Sequence record: PX418922.1
From: a phage
Reading direction: 5' to 3' (one strand)
DNA: 64,000 bases
Shown here: positions 30,712 through 39,874 of the stretch, in pieces
Position numbering within the stretch: the first letter of the stretch is position 1
Layout of the letters: every line of letters starts with the position of its first letter
Notes under the pieces: generated by a model
What the model was told of the DNA's origin: nothing
The model's database searches: none
The model's input: only the letters and a program-made list of their open reading frames with translations
Position numbers and translations under genes: made by a program

Positions 30712-31171
30712 GTTCCCAGTGTGTTCTTATATTCCGTTTCTTGAAGTATAGAGCACCTTTAGTAACATCTAAAACAGACCGCAATTCAGGAAAATGTTTC
30801 TCTAAATAAAGTAAACGCTCCGCTATTGCTTTTGCTTCCTGCCACTTATCTTTCTCTGTTACGTTAAAAGTTTTCGCATATGAGAATTGCCCTTTCTGGA
30901 ACAAGACTCCTCTGACTGTGTTAGGGAAGTAGGTATCATTTCTTCTGTTGATTACCACATTCCCAACGGCATTCATTCCTTTTTTACCCAGACCGCGACC
31001 TTCTGCGTAAATTGCACAAGCTAATAGAATTTTATCATTATATTGCTTTGTACATTTGTGAACTACTTTAGCGGTTTTTACGTTTGCAGCTTCGGCTTTC
31101 GCCACAACAGGTGTAAATGTAAAAGCAGTTAAGGATAGTAACGCAACTGTTACAAAGTTTTTTATCAGCAA
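30650..31171 (-). CDS. cell wall hydrolase (SleB/CwlJ-like), candidate secreted endolysin
   Basis: N-terminal signal-like segment; 'LACAIYAEGRG...AVGNVVINR' matches SleB-type hydrolase motif. Confidence 0.6.
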   Translation of the reverse strand: MLIKNFVTVALLSLTAFTFTPVVAKAEAANVKTAKVVHKCTKQYNDKILLACAIYAEGRGLGKKGMNAVGNVVINRRNDTYFPNTVRGVLFQKGQFSYAKTFNVTEKDKWQEAKAIAERLLYLEKHFPELRSVLDVTKGALYFKKRNIRTHWERDMRLVYRDKVHGFYLPKGS

Positions 31172-31270
31172 ATTTTGCCTCCTTTTTAAGTTAACGAATT
31201 TCTAGTATAACACGATAGAGGCTTTATTGCAAGAGGGGGATTTCTCCCCCTCAAAATCATTTGTTAATTA

Positions 31271-31873
31271 TTATGGACATTCATACCATTCTTTTTTACC
31301 ACCGAAGGCCATCACCACATCGCAAATATCCAGACCAGCTTTACCTACACCATATGCTTTCAGCTTCCATTCTCCATCTTCACGAACCAAGGAAGCCACG
31401 TGGCAGATTGTGTTACCAGCTACTTCAGGAGCCAGGAAGTCAAAATCCAGAATTTCCACATTGCGCTCGGAGTCGAAGATTTTAAGCATACCTTCAGAAG
31501 CATGACCAAAACGTTTCAGACCTGTATCATCATCAATGGTCAGAACAAAGGCAATCTCTTGTGCATCAGGAGAGATTTTAGCCAGAGTAATATCAATCTG
31601 CTCCATGCTGCCAGTGCCATCACGAACATCGTCACCAGCGAAGGTAGAACGTTCAGGATCAAACTTGTTAGCATAGCAAACAAGATGACGTGCAGACAGC
31701 ATTTCAGGATTGCCAGCGGCATTGTGACGACAAACCAGTGCACTTACATCCAGATCCAGTTTAGAATCAGACTTCCAAGAGAATTCCAGGCGCAGTTCTT
31801 TCAGAGCCGGAGCAACCTTCTTCAGGGAAATTTTTTCGCTAGAGCCTTTTTTCAGGGAAATTTTATCAGTCAT
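31271..31873 (-). CDS. terD: TerD-domain protein
   Basis: 'LDLDVSALV', 'GDDVRDGTGSMEQIDITL', 'IAFVLTIDD', 'VASLVREDGEWKLKAYGVG' match TerD family hallmarks. Confidence 0.7.
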   Translation of the reverse strand: MTDKISLKKGSSEKISLKKVAPALKELRLEFSWKSDSKLDLDVSALVCRHNAAGNPEMLSARHLVCYANKFDPERSTFAGDDVRDGTGSMEQIDITLAKISPDAQEIAFVLTIDDDTGLKRFGHASEGMLKIFDSERNVEILDFDFLAPEVAGNTICHVASLVREDGEWKLKAYGVGKAGLDICDVVMAFGGKKEWYECP

Positions 31874-31888
31874 CTTTTGTCTCCTCTA

Positions 31889-32158
31889 TTATTTAAGTGT
31901 AATACCAGTTACAGTCAATTCTACTTCCAAAAGCTTAGATGTGTTTTGGATTGATACTAATTGTGCATGATGGTTTAGTTCTACAGCAGAATAATCATTT
32001 TCCCCATCATCTACTTTTAAATAAACAATGATTTCACTAAGGTCTAAACCATTTTCGTCAAATGCATTTTCATAGACGAAAGTATCTCCTACATCCAAAT
32101 CTTTAATGGTAAGGCATCGTTTATTTACTTTTTGCTCATCAATTTCGAAGTTTAACAC
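31889..32158 (-). CDS. hypothetical small protein (paralog of 33180-33458)
   Basis: 'DLDVGDTFVYENAFDENGLD...VELTVTGITLK' vs paralog 'DLDVGATFMYYDAYEDAGLD...VDLEVTNITLK'. Confidence 0.4.
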   Translation of the reverse strand: MLNFEIDEQKVNKRCLTIKDLDVGDTFVYENAFDENGLDLSEIIVYLKVDDGENDYSAVELNHHAQLVSIQNTSKLLEVELTVTGITLK

Positions 32159-32387
32159 TTCTTCCTCCTAATGTTATCTCCGGTTTGTATATACGAAGAA
32201 TTATAGCATTTTCATTTTCTTTGTCAACCCATTCTTCATAATCAGGCCATACATGAATCTCTACTCTACTTACAATATCTTCCATTCGCACAGTCCCAAT
32301 GAAATACTCTTTGAGACTGCGCATAATGAAAGCTTCTCTCTCGCGCCAATAATTTTCTATGACTTGAGAGGCAAGCTCGTCGATCAT
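32139..32387 (-). CDS. hypothetical protein
   Basis: 82-aa ORF. Confidence 0.35.
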   Translation of the reverse strand: MIDELASQVIENYWREREAFIMRSLKEYFIGTVRMEDIVSRVEIHVWPDYEEWVDKENENAIILRIYKPEITLGGRSVKLRN

Positions 32388-33178
32388 TTTTTAGCACCTA
32401 CTTTAACAACCCACTCTCCGAACTCTTCAGATAAGAGTTTGTCATAAAGCTCTGAATCTGTCAAGTCTAAATCTTTAATGCCAATAAAACCAACATTATC
32501 ATAAGCATTTGCCAGTTCTTTCAGGAAGCCAAACTTCTCATTACCAACACCAACCATGAACCAATAAATAGGTTTATTCTTATTCTCTTCGATAAGACGA
32601 CGAACAGCACTAGGATCACCATTCTCACCATCCGTCTGGAAGAATACAACACCAGGGGTAATGTCAGCACCTGGTTCAGATACAGCTACAACTTTTTCAC
32701 GCTCTACAGACACTGTTTCAGTTTTACCAAGCAGACGATTAAAGAAGCCTTTCTTTGGAGCCTCCTCTTGTACCACTTGTTTAGTGGTAATATATTTAGT
32801 AACAGTGCCAAAATACTCATCGTAGATATCCGCCATTACAGGGGCGTAATTTGTTCCACCTCCGATACGAACATTACGCATACATTTACCAACATAGTCA
32901 TCGTAAACATCTGCTGTTGCTGGAGTAAGCTCTTGGGAACTCGTATTGAAGGCCCACATATCAATTTGTTGATTATCGTCGAACAGCATACCAAAAGGAA
33001 GCAGTTTACCTACAAAATCACTCACTACCCCATTAGAATATAGACCATGCATACTACCAGAAATATCTAGAGCACATGCTACACGAAGAACAATCTTACC
33101 TTCATTCAGGTTCTTATTCTTTTTCAGAGAGAAAGCAAGGTTTTCTTGACGTTTTTTCAGGCTGATTTTCTCGGACAT
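32384..33178 (-). CDS. von Willebrand factor A domain protein (TerY-like)
   Basis: MIDAS motif 'DISGSM', 'FFQTDGENGD'; N-terminus 'MSEKISLKK' echoes TerD N-terminus. Confidence 0.6.
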   Translation of the reverse strand: MSEKISLKKRQENLAFSLKKNKNLNEGKIVLRVACALDISGSMHGLYSNGVVSDFVGKLLPFGMLFDDNQQIDMWAFNTSSQELTPATADVYDDYVGKCMRNVRIGGGTNYAPVMADIYDEYFGTVTKYITTKQVVQEEAPKKGFFNRLLGKTETVSVEREKVVAVSEPGADITPGVVFFQTDGENGDPSAVRRLIEENKNKPIYWFMVGVGNEKFGFLKELANAYDNVGFIGIKDLDLTDSELYDKLLSEEFGEWVVKVGAKK

Positions 33179-33179
33179 A

Positions 33180-33458
33180 TTATTTCTCCTTCTTAAGTGT
33201 AATATTGGTAACTTCTAAATCTACTTCCACCATATTTGTATCTGGTGGGATGCAATGAGTATAGCCTCGTTGTGCTAGTGATCCATTAATACAGATCGCA
33301 CTGTTTGTGGAATTTTTAATGAACACCAAGTTACGGTAGGTATCCAACCCTGCGTCTTCATAGGCATCATAATACATGAATGTGGCCCCTACGTCAAGAT
33401 CTTCGAAAGCAATAGGTAAATCCTGACTTTTTTCTTCTTGAATATTGAATCTAAACAC
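33180..33458 (-). CDS. hypothetical small protein (paralog of 31889-32158); start inferred at GTG
   Basis: Track ORF is 33180-33524; RBS 'gaggagg' sits 5 nt upstream of in-frame GTG at 33456-33458, giving a length matching the paralog. Confidence 0.35.
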   Translation of the reverse strand: MFRFNIQEEKSQDLPIAFEDLDVGATFMYYDAYEDAGLDTYRNLVFIKNSTNSAICINGSLAQRGYTHCIPPDTNMVEVDLEVTNITLKKEK

Positions 33459-34014
33459 GCATACCTCCTCTACCAATTTTGAAGCCCAAATCGTAAGCTT
33501 CCTTGGTGATCTTTTGTAACTCACTTATAGGAAGTGTTACAAGAGGATCATCTTCTTCAATTTCCATCTTATCATCTTCTGTTTCAATGAGAGTATTATG
33601 CACTTTGTGATAAGGGTTGTCAACACGTTTAAACTTATTCTTTTCTGTGCTGAAAAAACAATCTGGATCTTCTTCGCCATCACCCCAACCTTGGTTAGGA
33701 TCTCCGTCAGATTGTTCTGTAGGGATTTCACCTGTAAAGTACTCTTCCAGCACCATAGCGATACCGTCCCTTGGATTTGAGGAATGCATCAAATCACAAA
33801 CCTTACCCCAATCCATAGCCCATTCGAACCGTTCACGAACGCCGTTTTCATCCTCCTTTCCAGAGAAAACACAACCATAACTATCATAGTTGCCATACAT
33901 CTCTTCAATAACAACACCGTCCTTCAAAAGAAAGAGATAACAAGGTGATCCGTCGAAAGAAGTAGAAAGGGCAGCTTTGCCCGATTCTTTGCACAAAAAG
34001 CTAAAACAACCCAT
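33451..34014 (-). CDS. hypothetical acidic protein
   Basis: 187-aa ORF. Confidence 0.4.
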   Translation of the reverse strand: MGCFSFLCKESGKAALSTSFDGSPCYLFLLKDGVVIEEMYGNYDSYGCVFSGKEDENGVRERFEWAMDWGKVCDLMHSSNPRDGIAMVLEEYFTGEIPTEQSDGDPNQGWGDGEEDPDCFFSTEKNKFKRVDNPYHKVHNTLIETEDDKMEIEEDDPLVTLPISELQKITKEAYDLGFKIGRGGMRV

Positions 34015-34412
34015 TACAAACCCTCCTTCAGATTATCAAGAGCTACAGTGGTTTCACAAAATTCTCCATAAGCTTTATGATGTTCCAGAAAAGCTTCGGG
34101 TCCACCCCAGTCATTATCTTGTGTATTCCAGCCATCAATAAAAGCATCTTCAATGATTGTGATCAGTTCCTGTCGAGTCAACGTAATGGTATCAGGTTTC
34201 TGCGTAGTTTCCACACGGAACCCTGGTTCTTCATAAAAACCTTTAGTTACAATGGATTCTAACTCTTCTGCATCACAGAGGAAGTAGCCACAAAGATAAC
34301 ACCAACCGTCACCATCTTTCATTACTTCATAAACTTCACCACTTGCTAACTTGGTGAAAAGAGTAGGGTCTGTTACTGTAAGTTTTAAAAGAATACCTGT
34401 TGGATTATACAT
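34014..34412 (-). CDS. hypothetical protein
   Basis: 132-aa ORF with RBS 'gaggagg' before ATG. Confidence 0.4.
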   Translation of the reverse strand: MYNPTGILLKLTVTDPTLFTKLASGEVYEVMKDGDGWCYLCGYFLCDAEELESIVTKGFYEEPGFRVETTQKPDTITLTRQELITIIEDAFIDGWNTQDNDWGGPEAFLEHHKAYGEFCETTVALDNLKEGL

Positions 34413-34578
34413 CTTCTTCCTCCTCTAAAATATGGAACCCGTAATTACAATAATCCTGAAAGGTTTCGTGCGCAAGATCTTCTATATCCTCTTGAGACAT
34501 ATCATCTTCAATTTCGATATCCACAACCTCATTGCATCCACACCAAGCAGTTTCAATATTCACTCGTAATATTTTCAT
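34405..34578 (-). CDS. small acidic Cys-containing ORF not in supplied track
   Basis: 57-codon ORF 'MKILRVNIETAWCGCNEVVDIEIEDD...' filling an otherwise empty gap, with overlapping stop/start at both ends. Confidence 0.3.
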   Translation of the reverse strand: MKILRVNIETAWCGCNEVVDIEIEDDMSQEDIEDLAHETFQDYCNYGFHILEEEEDV

Positions 34579-34775
34579 TACTCCTCCTCCTCATTGAAGT
34601 CAATATCTGCAAGGAGTTCGAATTTACGGAAGTTACGACAACCTTCATAAATATAACAATCACGACAAACTGCTAGAACACTTGGGGGATATATACCTCC
34701 CATCGGTGCGAATCGTTTTTCGTCATCATAACGGACACCAATGTCTTCATCAATTATATAGATACGGATTCTCAT
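34578..34775 (-). CDS. hypothetical small protein
   Basis: 65-aa ORF. Confidence 0.3.
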   Translation of the reverse strand: MRIRIYIIDEDIGVRYDDEKRFAPMGGIYPPSVLAVCRDCYIYEGCRNFRKFELLADIDFNEEEE

Positions 34776-35884
34776 TTACCAAGCCCTCGTTTCACAGCAG
34801 CTACCATCCCGTCTTCCAGAGATTGAACTTCATTAATATAATCAACACGAGCAGCACGGGCTTCCGTATTGATGCGGTTAGTTTCTTCCAACATCTTAAC
34901 CAAGTTTTCCTGATCGTGACGCAGAGTTTCAATATCCAACACTTGACGGTTAGCCAGTGCTGCTGCTTCGATCTGATTCTGTGTGGCAAGATCGCTACCC
35001 AGTTTAATTGCCAGGTTAAATTCATCAAGAACGTTATTCTGCGTCTCTGCTGCTTTCATTTGACGTAAGCTCTCGATATACATTGAGAAGTTAGCAGAGT
35101 AAGCAGGAATAACATTATTTACTATGTTACGCGCAGATCGCATTAAGCTTGCAGAAACTTTTTGCATACCTTGTACACGCGGTCCCATTTGGACACACAG
35201 TAGGCGCAATGCTTTTAAATCTGCAATACGAATCTCCAGAAGATCCAAAGTATCTCGGATCACTTGTCGCTGTTCTACTGCATCTTCTGGAAGAGCAGCC
35301 AAAGCTTGTTCTTCTTTTTCATAGGTTGTTGTTAGAAGCTGCATATCTCGGTTCAAACTTGCAGCATATTGTCCAATAGCTTGATGTAGCTTTTCAAGAT
35401 ATACCAAAGAATCTTCTTCTTTGCGAATATCCATTTGAAGGTTCTTTACCAACTCTTCAATACGGTTATTAACATTATCAAACTCCCCAAACAGGTCTTC
35501 TTTCATACCCATAACTTTTTTAATGAGTTTAGTAATACCCTTGCTTTGTTTAATAGAGTTTGGATCAAGTTGTTTTGCCTGTTTAATCAAAGCTGTGAGT
35601 CGTTCACTCATCTGATCGCCTTGATTACTACGTTGATGTTTTAATACCTCGGCATTCAAGGAACGCAAGGTTGTTCCTGCCTCTGCCCCAATCTCTTCGA
35701 TCTCTTGTCGGGTCATAGAAGGCAAAACTGGAACTTCTTGCGGTGCGGCTGGTGCATAAACAGGACTGGCATCTAACACGCTTGGAGCGAATACAGATTT
35801 ACTTGCATCTGTTGTTGCAGCAAATACGCTCATTTCAGGCTTCTTCTGACCGCCAGTAGCTGCTTTTAAAAATGGACTTGTCAT
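34772..35884 (-). CDS. TelA-like (toxic anion resistance family) coiled-coil protein
   Basis: 370-aa largely helical ORF of TelA-like size, located between TerD/vWA and TerC genes; assignment mainly contextual. Confidence 0.45.
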   Translation of the reverse strand: MTSPFLKAATGGQKKPEMSVFAATTDASKSVFAPSVLDASPVYAPAAPQEVPVLPSMTRQEIEEIGAEAGTTLRSLNAEVLKHQRSNQGDQMSERLTALIKQAKQLDPNSIKQSKGITKLIKKVMGMKEDLFGEFDNVNNRIEELVKNLQMDIRKEEDSLVYLEKLHQAIGQYAASLNRDMQLLTTTYEKEEQALAALPEDAVEQRQVIRDTLDLLEIRIADLKALRLLCVQMGPRVQGMQKVSASLMRSARNIVNNVIPAYSANFSMYIESLRQMKAAETQNNVLDEFNLAIKLGSDLATQNQIEAAALANRQVLDIETLRHDQENLVKMLEETNRINTEARAARVDYINEVQSLEDGMVAAVKRGLGK

Positions 35885-36471
35885 TCTTCATTCTCCTCTT
35901 CTGCATCTCTTATATATGGTGAAACACCGTACTCTTTAGCTACTTTAACCCAATCGTCCCATTTATACAACCATAATTTTCCTTCGGTCCCTTCTTTATC
36001 TGATTTCAACCACATATTAGGTTGCTTACCCGGGTACATGCGATTAGGTTTACGATTATAACCTCTAACACATCTTGTCGCAAACCTATCTACCAGAACA
36101 AGAACATATTTATACTCGTGGTTCAACGGCTCTTTGGAAGTGGCTTTAGGATTAGCCCCTAATTCTGCTGCCAGTTTTTGCCAATGAGCACCGTGCCTAC
36201 TAAACTTACCCATACAACCATCAATAGCATGAGCAATTTCGTGCTTCATTGTATCCACGATCATATCTCTTGTGGAGTTCTTATGCAAGTGCCAATTTAC
36301 AACAACAATTTTATCTCGGTAGTTGCACCAACCGAAAGAGTTATTCACTTTGTTTCTAACACAAGCTTTATATCCTGCTTCACGTAACATGTTGTAGTAA
36401 ACAGGAAAATCTTCTTTTATTTCCTGCATCACTTCCCACCACAAGAGTTGCAAGTCTCTCTCGGTATGCAT
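35881..36471 (-). CDS. SprT-like zinc metallopeptidase-like protein
   Basis: 'MKHEIAHAIDG...RHGAHW' HExxH motif in SprT-like context. Confidence 0.45.
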   Translation of the reverse strand: MHTERDLQLLWWEVMQEIKEDFPVYYNMLREAGYKACVRNKVNNSFGWCNYRDKIVVVNWHLHKNSTRDMIVDTMKHEIAHAIDGCMGKFSRHGAHWQKLAAELGANPKATSKEPLNHEYKYVLVLVDRFATRCVRGYNRKPNRMYPGKQPNMWLKSDKEGTEGKLWLYKWDDWVKVAKEYGVSPYIRDAEEENEE

Positions 36472-36474
36472 AAC

Positions 36475-37068
36475 TTACACCTTAAAAGCGAAATGCGTGG
36501 TCGTGGCTTCAAAATCAGGGCCAGATAAACTTGCACTGAAATCTGAAATATTTGTAATTAAAAAGCTTTTATGCATACCTAACACAGCCACGCTTTCAAT
36601 ATCTTCTACTAACATTTCAATCATGTTAGAAACATGGCTGAACGTATAGTTTTGTTTTTTGATGGTGTAGAAAGAAAGACTCCCACCTGCTGTATAAGAT
36701 ACCTCTTCAAAATCTTTAATCGTATATTGTGTGCCATCAGTAAAGAAAATGGTAGCTTTATTAGTAGCACGTTTCTTGTTTTTTGGTCCTTTTTTACGTT
36801 TACTGCGAGTAGGCAAACCGTTTGGGAACACCATAGCTACAAATTCTTCAGCAGAAACCTCCTTACCGAAATCATAACCATAAGAAACAGCGTCTATAAA
36901 CTCGTCATCTTCATTTTTAAAATAATGGAAATAGGGCCGATTTGAAAGATTATCAAGCATCTTATGCTCGTCCACAGCAGAGAATGTATCCCTCAAAGCG
37001 CGTGTGATTTGCAAAGCATTAGGCAACCTTTTAACACCTACGATGGAAGTACGAATAGAAATTGTCAT
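36475..37068 (-). CDS. hypothetical protein
   Basis: 197-aa ORF. Confidence 0.4.
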   Translation of the reverse strand: MTISIRTSIVGVKRLPNALQITRALRDTFSAVDEHKMLDNLSNRPYFHYFKNEDDEFIDAVSYGYDFGKEVSAEEFVAMVFPNGLPTRSKRKKGPKNKKRATNKATIFFTDGTQYTIKDFEEVSYTAGGSLSFYTIKKQNYTFSHVSNMIEMLVEDIESVAVLGMHKSFLITNISDFSASLSGPDFEATTTHFAFKV

Positions 37069-37082
37069 TGTTTTTCTCCTTA

Positions 37083-37520
37083 TTAACGCCGCTTGCTACG
37101 AGATGAACTCTTTTTACTTAAAGGGCTATTGTAAGATTTACGAGTTGTATAGCTACTATTTGTTTTAAAAGTTTGTCTCGGCTTTTCATAAGTTTTTATC
37201 TCTTGTTTAGGCTTACCATAAAAATTAGTTTTCGGTTTAGGTGTATTATAATGCTTATTAATAATCGTTCTGTTATCGTTATAATCCCCACTGCTACGAT
37301 TACTACCACCACTCATCATATGCCCTAACAACATACCTGTAGCAAACTCACTAACACCGCTACTACTAGAACCGCCACCATTGTTGATAATAGTTGTATC
37401 TCCGTCAGATCCTTGTTGAGCGTATTGTTGAGGAGGTTGTTGGTATTGTGCAGGATTTGTTTCATCCTCGCAAGCTGTTAAAAAGATACAACCAATTAAA
37501 ATCAGGGCTAGTTTTTTCAT
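37083..37520 (-). CDS. lipoprotein (Gly/Ser- and Lys-rich)
   Basis: Track ORF extends to 37595; likely start 'MKKLALILIGCIFLTAC' with lipobox LTAC (ATG at 37518-37520). Confidence 0.5.
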   Translation of the reverse strand: MKKLALILIGCIFLTACEDETNPAQYQQPPQQYAQQGSDGDTTIINNGGGSSSSGVSEFATGMLLGHMMSGGSNRSSGDYNDNRTIINKHYNTPKPKTNFYGKPKQEIKTYEKPRQTFKTNSSYTTRKSYNSPLSKKSSSRSKRR

Positions 37521-37707
37521 ATTTGCTTTCCTCGTTTTGGCTATTAATACATCTGTGTTTGAAATCTCCAGAGAAGCAATAAAGTTGCTCTCCATCTCGG
37601 TATAAACTCACTTTACTGCCGTTGATTACGCTTGTCAATACAAAAATTACAACAAACAACCCTATTGCAAAACAGATATTTTCAAACACAACCAACAAGT
37701 ATTTCAT
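37462..37707 (-). CDS. small membrane protein
   Basis: 81-aa ORF with N-terminal TM segment; overlaps lipoprotein gene start out of frame. Confidence 0.3.
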   Translation of the reverse strand: MKYLLVVFENICFAIGLFVVIFVLTSVINGSKVSLYRDGEQLYCFSGDFKHRCINSQNEESKYEKTSPDFNWLYLFNSLRG

Positions 37708-38054
37708 TTTAAAAACACCTCATCATCAGTCTCATTATCCCAGAAGAACAAATCCCAACCATTTGGATCATTCCATTTGGCTGCTGGAGAAGTCCATATT
37801 TGCTCAATATCAATATTCAAAACTTCACCGTTTCGTTTTGAAACAGCTTTAGTTAATTCCCAACGAGATACAGGCTCTACTTCTCCTGAACCACTTCCAC
37901 AACAAGCTACAACATTAGGAGGCAAATTAATTGGATCTTTGGTCACAATCATAACGCTTACCCCAGGGTAAACTTTTGAAAGATAATCTAAAACGTAATC
38001 CACATCACCAGATAAATCCCAAACAAGTTCTTGAATTTCATCAAAATTATTCAT
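37704..38054 (-). CDS. hypothetical protein
   Basis: 116-aa ORF. Confidence 0.4.
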   Translation of the reverse strand: MNNFDEIQELVWDLSGDVDYVLDYLSKVYPGVSVMIVTKDPINLPPNVVACCGSGSGEVEPVSRWELTKAVSKRNGEVLNIDIEQIWTSPAAKWNDPNGWDLFFWDNETDDEVFLK

Positions 38055-38065
38055 AAGTCTCTCCT

Positions 38066-38090
38066 ATAAAATAGCCTCCCGAAGGAGGCT
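38066..38090 (-). terminator. possible terminator hairpin after TerC gene
   Basis: 'agcctcccgaaggaggct' hairpin; on minus strand followed by 'attttat'. Confidence 0.4.
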
Positions 38091-38096
38091 CATCTA

Positions 38097-39071
38097 TTAA
38101 ACAGCAGCTTCTTCTTTTTCAGGGAAGATAAAGCTTGCAATAACACCAAGAGCTAATGTGCCTAGAACAATCATCAGACTTACGTTAGGGGAAATATCAT
38201 GCGGGAGGAATGACCACTTGGCATGAAGTGTTTCACCGAACGGGTGATACATAAGTTTAGCACCGACAAATACCAGAACCACAGCAACAGCTTTCTCTAA
38301 GTGAACCAGATATTTCACAGCTACACTTAACACAAAGAAAAGTGCACGTAAACCAAGAACAGCCATCAGCATTGCAGAATAAACTAGCAGAGGTTCTTGT
38401 GTCACACCGATCACAGCCGGAACTGAATCAAAAGAGAAGACAATATCTGTAAGCTCAATAACAAACACACAAAGAAGAGCAGGAGTTGCATATTTAATAC
38501 CATTCTTAATGGTGATGAACTTTTCACCATCCAGTGCATTGTGCACAGGCAGAACTTTACCTACTAAACGAACAGCCCAATGCTTAGAGTAATCAATATC
38601 CTCTTCTTCGTCACCACCTTTGATGATAGCCACGGCAGACCAAGCTACAATCAAACCGAACAACACTTGGACCGACCAATGAAGGTTAAACAAAGCGGTC
38701 CCTGCTGCAACAAAAATACCTCGGAAGACAATGGCTCCTGCAATTCCCCAAAGTAAAATCTTATGTTGGAGATGTGTGCTCTTAATTCCAAAGCTTGCAA
38801 AAATTGCCATGAACACCATCAGGTTATCTACAGAAAGACTCTTTTCCAACACATAGCCACTTAGGAAAAGCGCGGCAAACTCTTTACCATGTTCTACCCA
38901 AATGAATGCGTAATATCCTAAAGCTAAAGCAATCCAAAAAACAGACCAAAGCAAAGCAGATTTAATTCCAATTTCTTTATTCTCTTTATGACCAAAGAAA
39001 TCAATACCAATAGACAATGCTAAAATACCAACTAAAACAACTACATCAATAATGGGGAAACCAAGTTGCAT
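38097..39071 (-). CDS. terC: TerC-family integral membrane protein
   Basis: multi-TM ORF with 'EKSLSVDNLMVF' and 'FSFDSVPAVIGVT' motifs characteristic of TerC/Alx family. Confidence 0.7.
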   Translation of the reverse strand: MQLGFPIIDVVVLVGILALSIGIDFFGHKENKEIGIKSALLWSVFWIALALGYYAFIWVEHGKEFAALFLSGYVLEKSLSVDNLMVFMAIFASFGIKSTHLQHKILLWGIAGAIVFRGIFVAAGTALFNLHWSVQVLFGLIVAWSAVAIIKGGDEEEDIDYSKHWAVRLVGKVLPVHNALDGEKFITIKNGIKYATPALLCVFVIELTDIVFSFDSVPAVIGVTQEPLLVYSAMLMAVLGLRALFFVLSVAVKYLVHLEKAVAVVLVFVGAKLMYHPFGETLHAKWSFLPHDISPNVSLMIVLGTLALGVIASFIFPEKEEAAV

Positions 39072-39090
39072 TATTTTCTCCTTTCTCTTT

Positions 39091-39149
39091 GCGGGGAACC
39101 ACTCCCCGCCTCATGTGATACATCTTACTCTATTCTAAAACTTTGTCAA
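39091..39149 (-). promoter_or_regulatory. sigma70-type promoter plus 5' hairpin driving TerC gene (same architecture as 60.7-64 kb array)
   Basis: minus strand reads 'TTGACA-16nt-TAAGAT gtatcacatgaggcggggagtggttccccgc ...aaaggagaaaataATG'. Confidence 0.6.
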
Positions 39150-39152
39150 CAC

Positions 39153-39374
39153 TTATTTTGAAGAACTTGAGGAAAAGATCCCACGTAGTACAGCCATGAT
39201 AAATGCCACACACACCACAGTCCAGAAGGTGACAGGAACAGTGATATCTGTGTGACCCATCATTTCAACAACGTAGTTATAAGCCAGCAGCAGAAGCCAT
39301 GCTGGAATCATACTAATCAGAAAAGCAATAACAAACACAATAATCACTGCAAGAATACCTGCTAAAACGCCCAT
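39153..39374 (-). CDS. small membrane protein
   Basis: 73-aa ORF with two hydrophobic helices. Confidence 0.4.
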   Translation of the reverse strand: MGVLAGILAVIIVFVIAFLISMIPAWLLLLAYNYVVEMMGHTDITVPVTFWTVVCVAFIMAVLRGIFSSSSSK

Positions 39375-39387
39375 AATATTTCTCCTC

Positions 39388-39861
39388 TTAAAGTTTATAA
39401 ATAGTCACATCGTGACCTGTTTTTACTAAAGTTTCTTCAATCATCACTTCAATGATAGCCCAATTACCTCCTGCCAACCCTGCTCCAATCATAGGTAAGC
39501 CGATCTTACATTTTTGGTCACGGAGAAGCAAATCATTAGCCATAGCTATTAGTGCATCGTACAAGGCATCATAGTCCAACTGACGACCTTTAGCATTGTA
39601 TCCATAACGATACTGCCCGTATAGATTATATACCAAAGGATCTGATTGTTCGTCTGGCACCCCTAAACTAAAACAACCTAGTTTACTTTGATCACCAGCC
39701 ATTGTGTCTAAATCTGCCGCATATGCATAAGGGAATGCTCGTTTAATTTGCGGAGCAATTCCTGCTCCCATATTACACATACAATTGCAACAATGAGCAA
39801 TAACAGTTACTTCACCTGCTTTAGCGGCATCGATAAGATTACCTGTTTTCATTTTAAGCAT
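39388..39861 (-). CDS. macro-domain-like protein (ADP-ribose binding/processing)
   Basis: 'GNLIDAAKAGEVTVIAHCCNCMCNMGAGIAPQI' and 'IGLPMIGAGLAGG' resemble macro domain motifs; start moved to internal ATG with RBS 'aaggag' (track: 39388-39927). Confidence 0.4.
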   Translation of the reverse strand: MLKMKTGNLIDAAKAGEVTVIAHCCNCMCNMGAGIAPQIKRAFPYAYAADLDTMAGDQSKLGCFSLGVPDEQSDPLVYNLYGQYRYGYNAKGRQLDYDALYDALIAMANDLLLRDQKCKIGLPMIGAGLAGGNWAIIEVMIEETLVKTGHDVTIYKL

Positions 39862-39874
39862 TTTTAGCTCCTTA

